Part shown: in pieces, positions 61,936 through 64,000 of the stretch | Layout of the letters: the number at the start of each line of letters is the position of its first letter | Numbering within the stretch: position 1 is the first letter of the stretch | Origin: Octopus sinensis | Lineage: Eukaryota | DNA length: 64,000 nt | Direction of reading: 5' to 3' | Assembly (NCBI RefSeq): GCF_006345805.1 | Contig: NC_042998.1 | Location: 3,224,001-3,288,000, forward strand | Made by a program: the position numbers and the translations under genes | Notes under the pieces: model-generated | Databases searched by the model: none | What the model saw: the letters and a program-made list of their open reading frames with translations, nothing else | Told to the model about the DNA's origin: nothing

Positions 61936-63057
61936 TCCAGCTTGACAGTTTGCTGTATATTTATAAATTAATATCCTTCTTCTCAAATTTACTTTATCTC
62001 TAAAAATGCAGACATGCAAGCCAGCGTATATTCAGATTATTAATTCATAACAACACGCACCGTTGGAGTATTGTAGTCGAATGGTTAAGGAGTTCGTTTT
62101 TGCAGCTCCACGGTCCAATGTTCGATCCTACAGAGTAGCCCGGATAGGTGTCATTTTCTATAAATTTGAATTAATCTTAGTGAGTGAAGCTGGGAAGATG
62201 TCGGGTGGATTCTAATCGTTTGATCGAATAACTGTATGATTGTCGTGTCAACCGACGGAGATCTACCACCACCATCACCGTAAATGCTAAAATACTTGTC
62301 AATTTTCAAGTGACATTTGTGCGCACGCACTAAATAAGATGTTTCTAGACATCGTCAGCCAAAAATATTCCGAACTGAGAGCATCGTTCTACGTTACCAT
62401 CTCTGATTCCTATTCTGGTTCTTGTGAACTGAATAAAAATACCGCTGTCTTTTTTTGTATATATTTTATTATTTTTCTCAAGTTAAATATAAGTCTACAT
62501 ATTTAACATGTTAGGAAGAATGCATAAGTATGAGAAAGACAAAAGACGAAAGCTAAGTAAAAACAAAACACAACAAAATGAAAAGCTTGAGTTTTTATTT
62601 TATCATATTAGCGCTGTGATGTATGCTGACATTTGACAGCATTGAAAGCTAATTTTTGCATACACACAAGAAAATCACGACCGGTTCCTTAACTTCTTTT
62701 CATCATTTTACTTTATGTTCATGTATGTAATGTGCAAACCAGGCAGAGATTCCATTTCATATGAGAAACGAAACACATTTTATGGGATTTTATCGCAGTC
62801 GTACAGTAGAAGTGAGTTTACGCGGTTTGTTCGCAGCAGTTAGATACATTTGTCAGTTGTGAATATATCCGACGCTTGCTCACAGCAATCGGTTACATTT
62901 ACTGGGAATGCGTTGTAAATTTTATTTCAGAAAATATTTCACTATGTAGGAAGATTTATTCAAATTTCATGTATTTATCGATATTTATCGATATCAATAT
63001 GCGTTACTAATACATTTTTAATGATTCTTCCGATATCAGGCCTGGTCAAGACCATAC

Positions 63058-63874
63058 CATGTATGTATGTATGTATGTATGTATGTATGTATGTATGTAT
63101 GTATGTATGTATGTATGCATGCATGCATGCATGCATGCATGCATGCATGTATGCATGCATATATGTATGCATGCATGCATATATGTATGCATGCATGTAT
63201 GTATGTATGCATGCATATATGCATGCATGTGTGTATGCATGCATGCATGTATGTATGTTTGTATGTATGCATGCATGTATGTATGTATGCATGCACGCAT
63301 GCATGCATGTATGTATATATGTATGCATGTATGTATGTATGTGTGTATATGTTTGTATGTATTATGTATGTATGTAAGCATGCATACATATATGTATGTA
63401 TGCATGCAAGTATGTACATATGTATATGTGTGTGTATGTATGTCTGTGAGTATGTATGCATTTATGCATGTATGTATATATTTATGTTTGTGTGTATGTA
63501 TGTATGTATGTATGCGTAAACACGTCATACATGCATACATCAAAGAGGCATCCGGCATGGCTTTAAACGTAATCGCTAAAAAAAAGCAGAGCAAAGAACT
63601 ACAAAGCATAAATACAATCACACAATTATGCATAAATTCATACATATGCAAGTGTACATGCATCTATACACACATACATACATACACACATACATACATA
63701 CATACATACATACATACATACATACATACATACATACATGCATCTATACACACACACATACATACACACATACATACATACATACATACATGCATCTATA
63801 CACACACACATACATACACACATACATACATACATACATACATACACACACACATACATACATACATACATACA

Positions 63875-63905
<31 letters not shown>

Positions 63906-64000
63906 CATTACATACATTACATACATACATACATACATACATTACATACATACATACACACATACATACATACATACATACATACATACATACATGCATC
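63058..64000. repeat. (TATG)n/(CATG)n then (CATA)n compound microsatellite, running off the right edge
   Basis: Read directly. Confidence 0.95.

Overview
AT-rich eukaryotic (animal) non-coding DNA, almost certainly from an octopus/coleoid cephalopod. This is an inference from the SINE sequences and the extreme microsatellite load, not a database match. I found no supportable host protein-coding exon, rRNA gene or CRISPR array, and nearly all ORFs in the supplied track are microsatellite or antisense artefacts. The window is a dense archive of mobile elements. It holds three CR1-clade LINE pieces; one (1-2746, minus) appears 5'-complete and has an ORF1 with a Myb/SANT-like domain plus two CCCH fingers. 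It also holds a Penelope-like GIY-YIG fragment with a 5' inversion, two R4/Dong-like (RLE) LINE fragments, an RTE fragment, Tc1, mariner and Tigger/pogo remnants, hAT MITEs, Helitron-like non-autonomous elements, and a 5'-truncated tRNA-Arg(ACG). About 30 tRNA-derived SINE copies are present. My working labels: SINE-A = head GGAGTGGCTGTGTGG, internal microsatellite, CR1-like tail; SINE-B = head GGCGGCGAGCTGGCAGAA with a CCTTTCATCCTTTCGGGGTCGATAAA core; SINE-C group = heads H1/H2 joined to tails T1/T2/T3. The main leads are: (1) a CR1 lineage whose every visible end abuts (TA)n, with a Myb/SANT-like ORF1 as a candidate targeting module; (2) two tail-to-tail foldbacks of retroelement 3' ends centred on (TA)n, one carrying a hammerhead-like motif; (3) combinatorial head/tail shuffling among SINEs; (4) a tRNA promoter fragment positioned to read into a SINE; (5) a unique 52-nt hairpin. 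Coordinates of degenerate repeats are approximate (about +/-10-20 bp).
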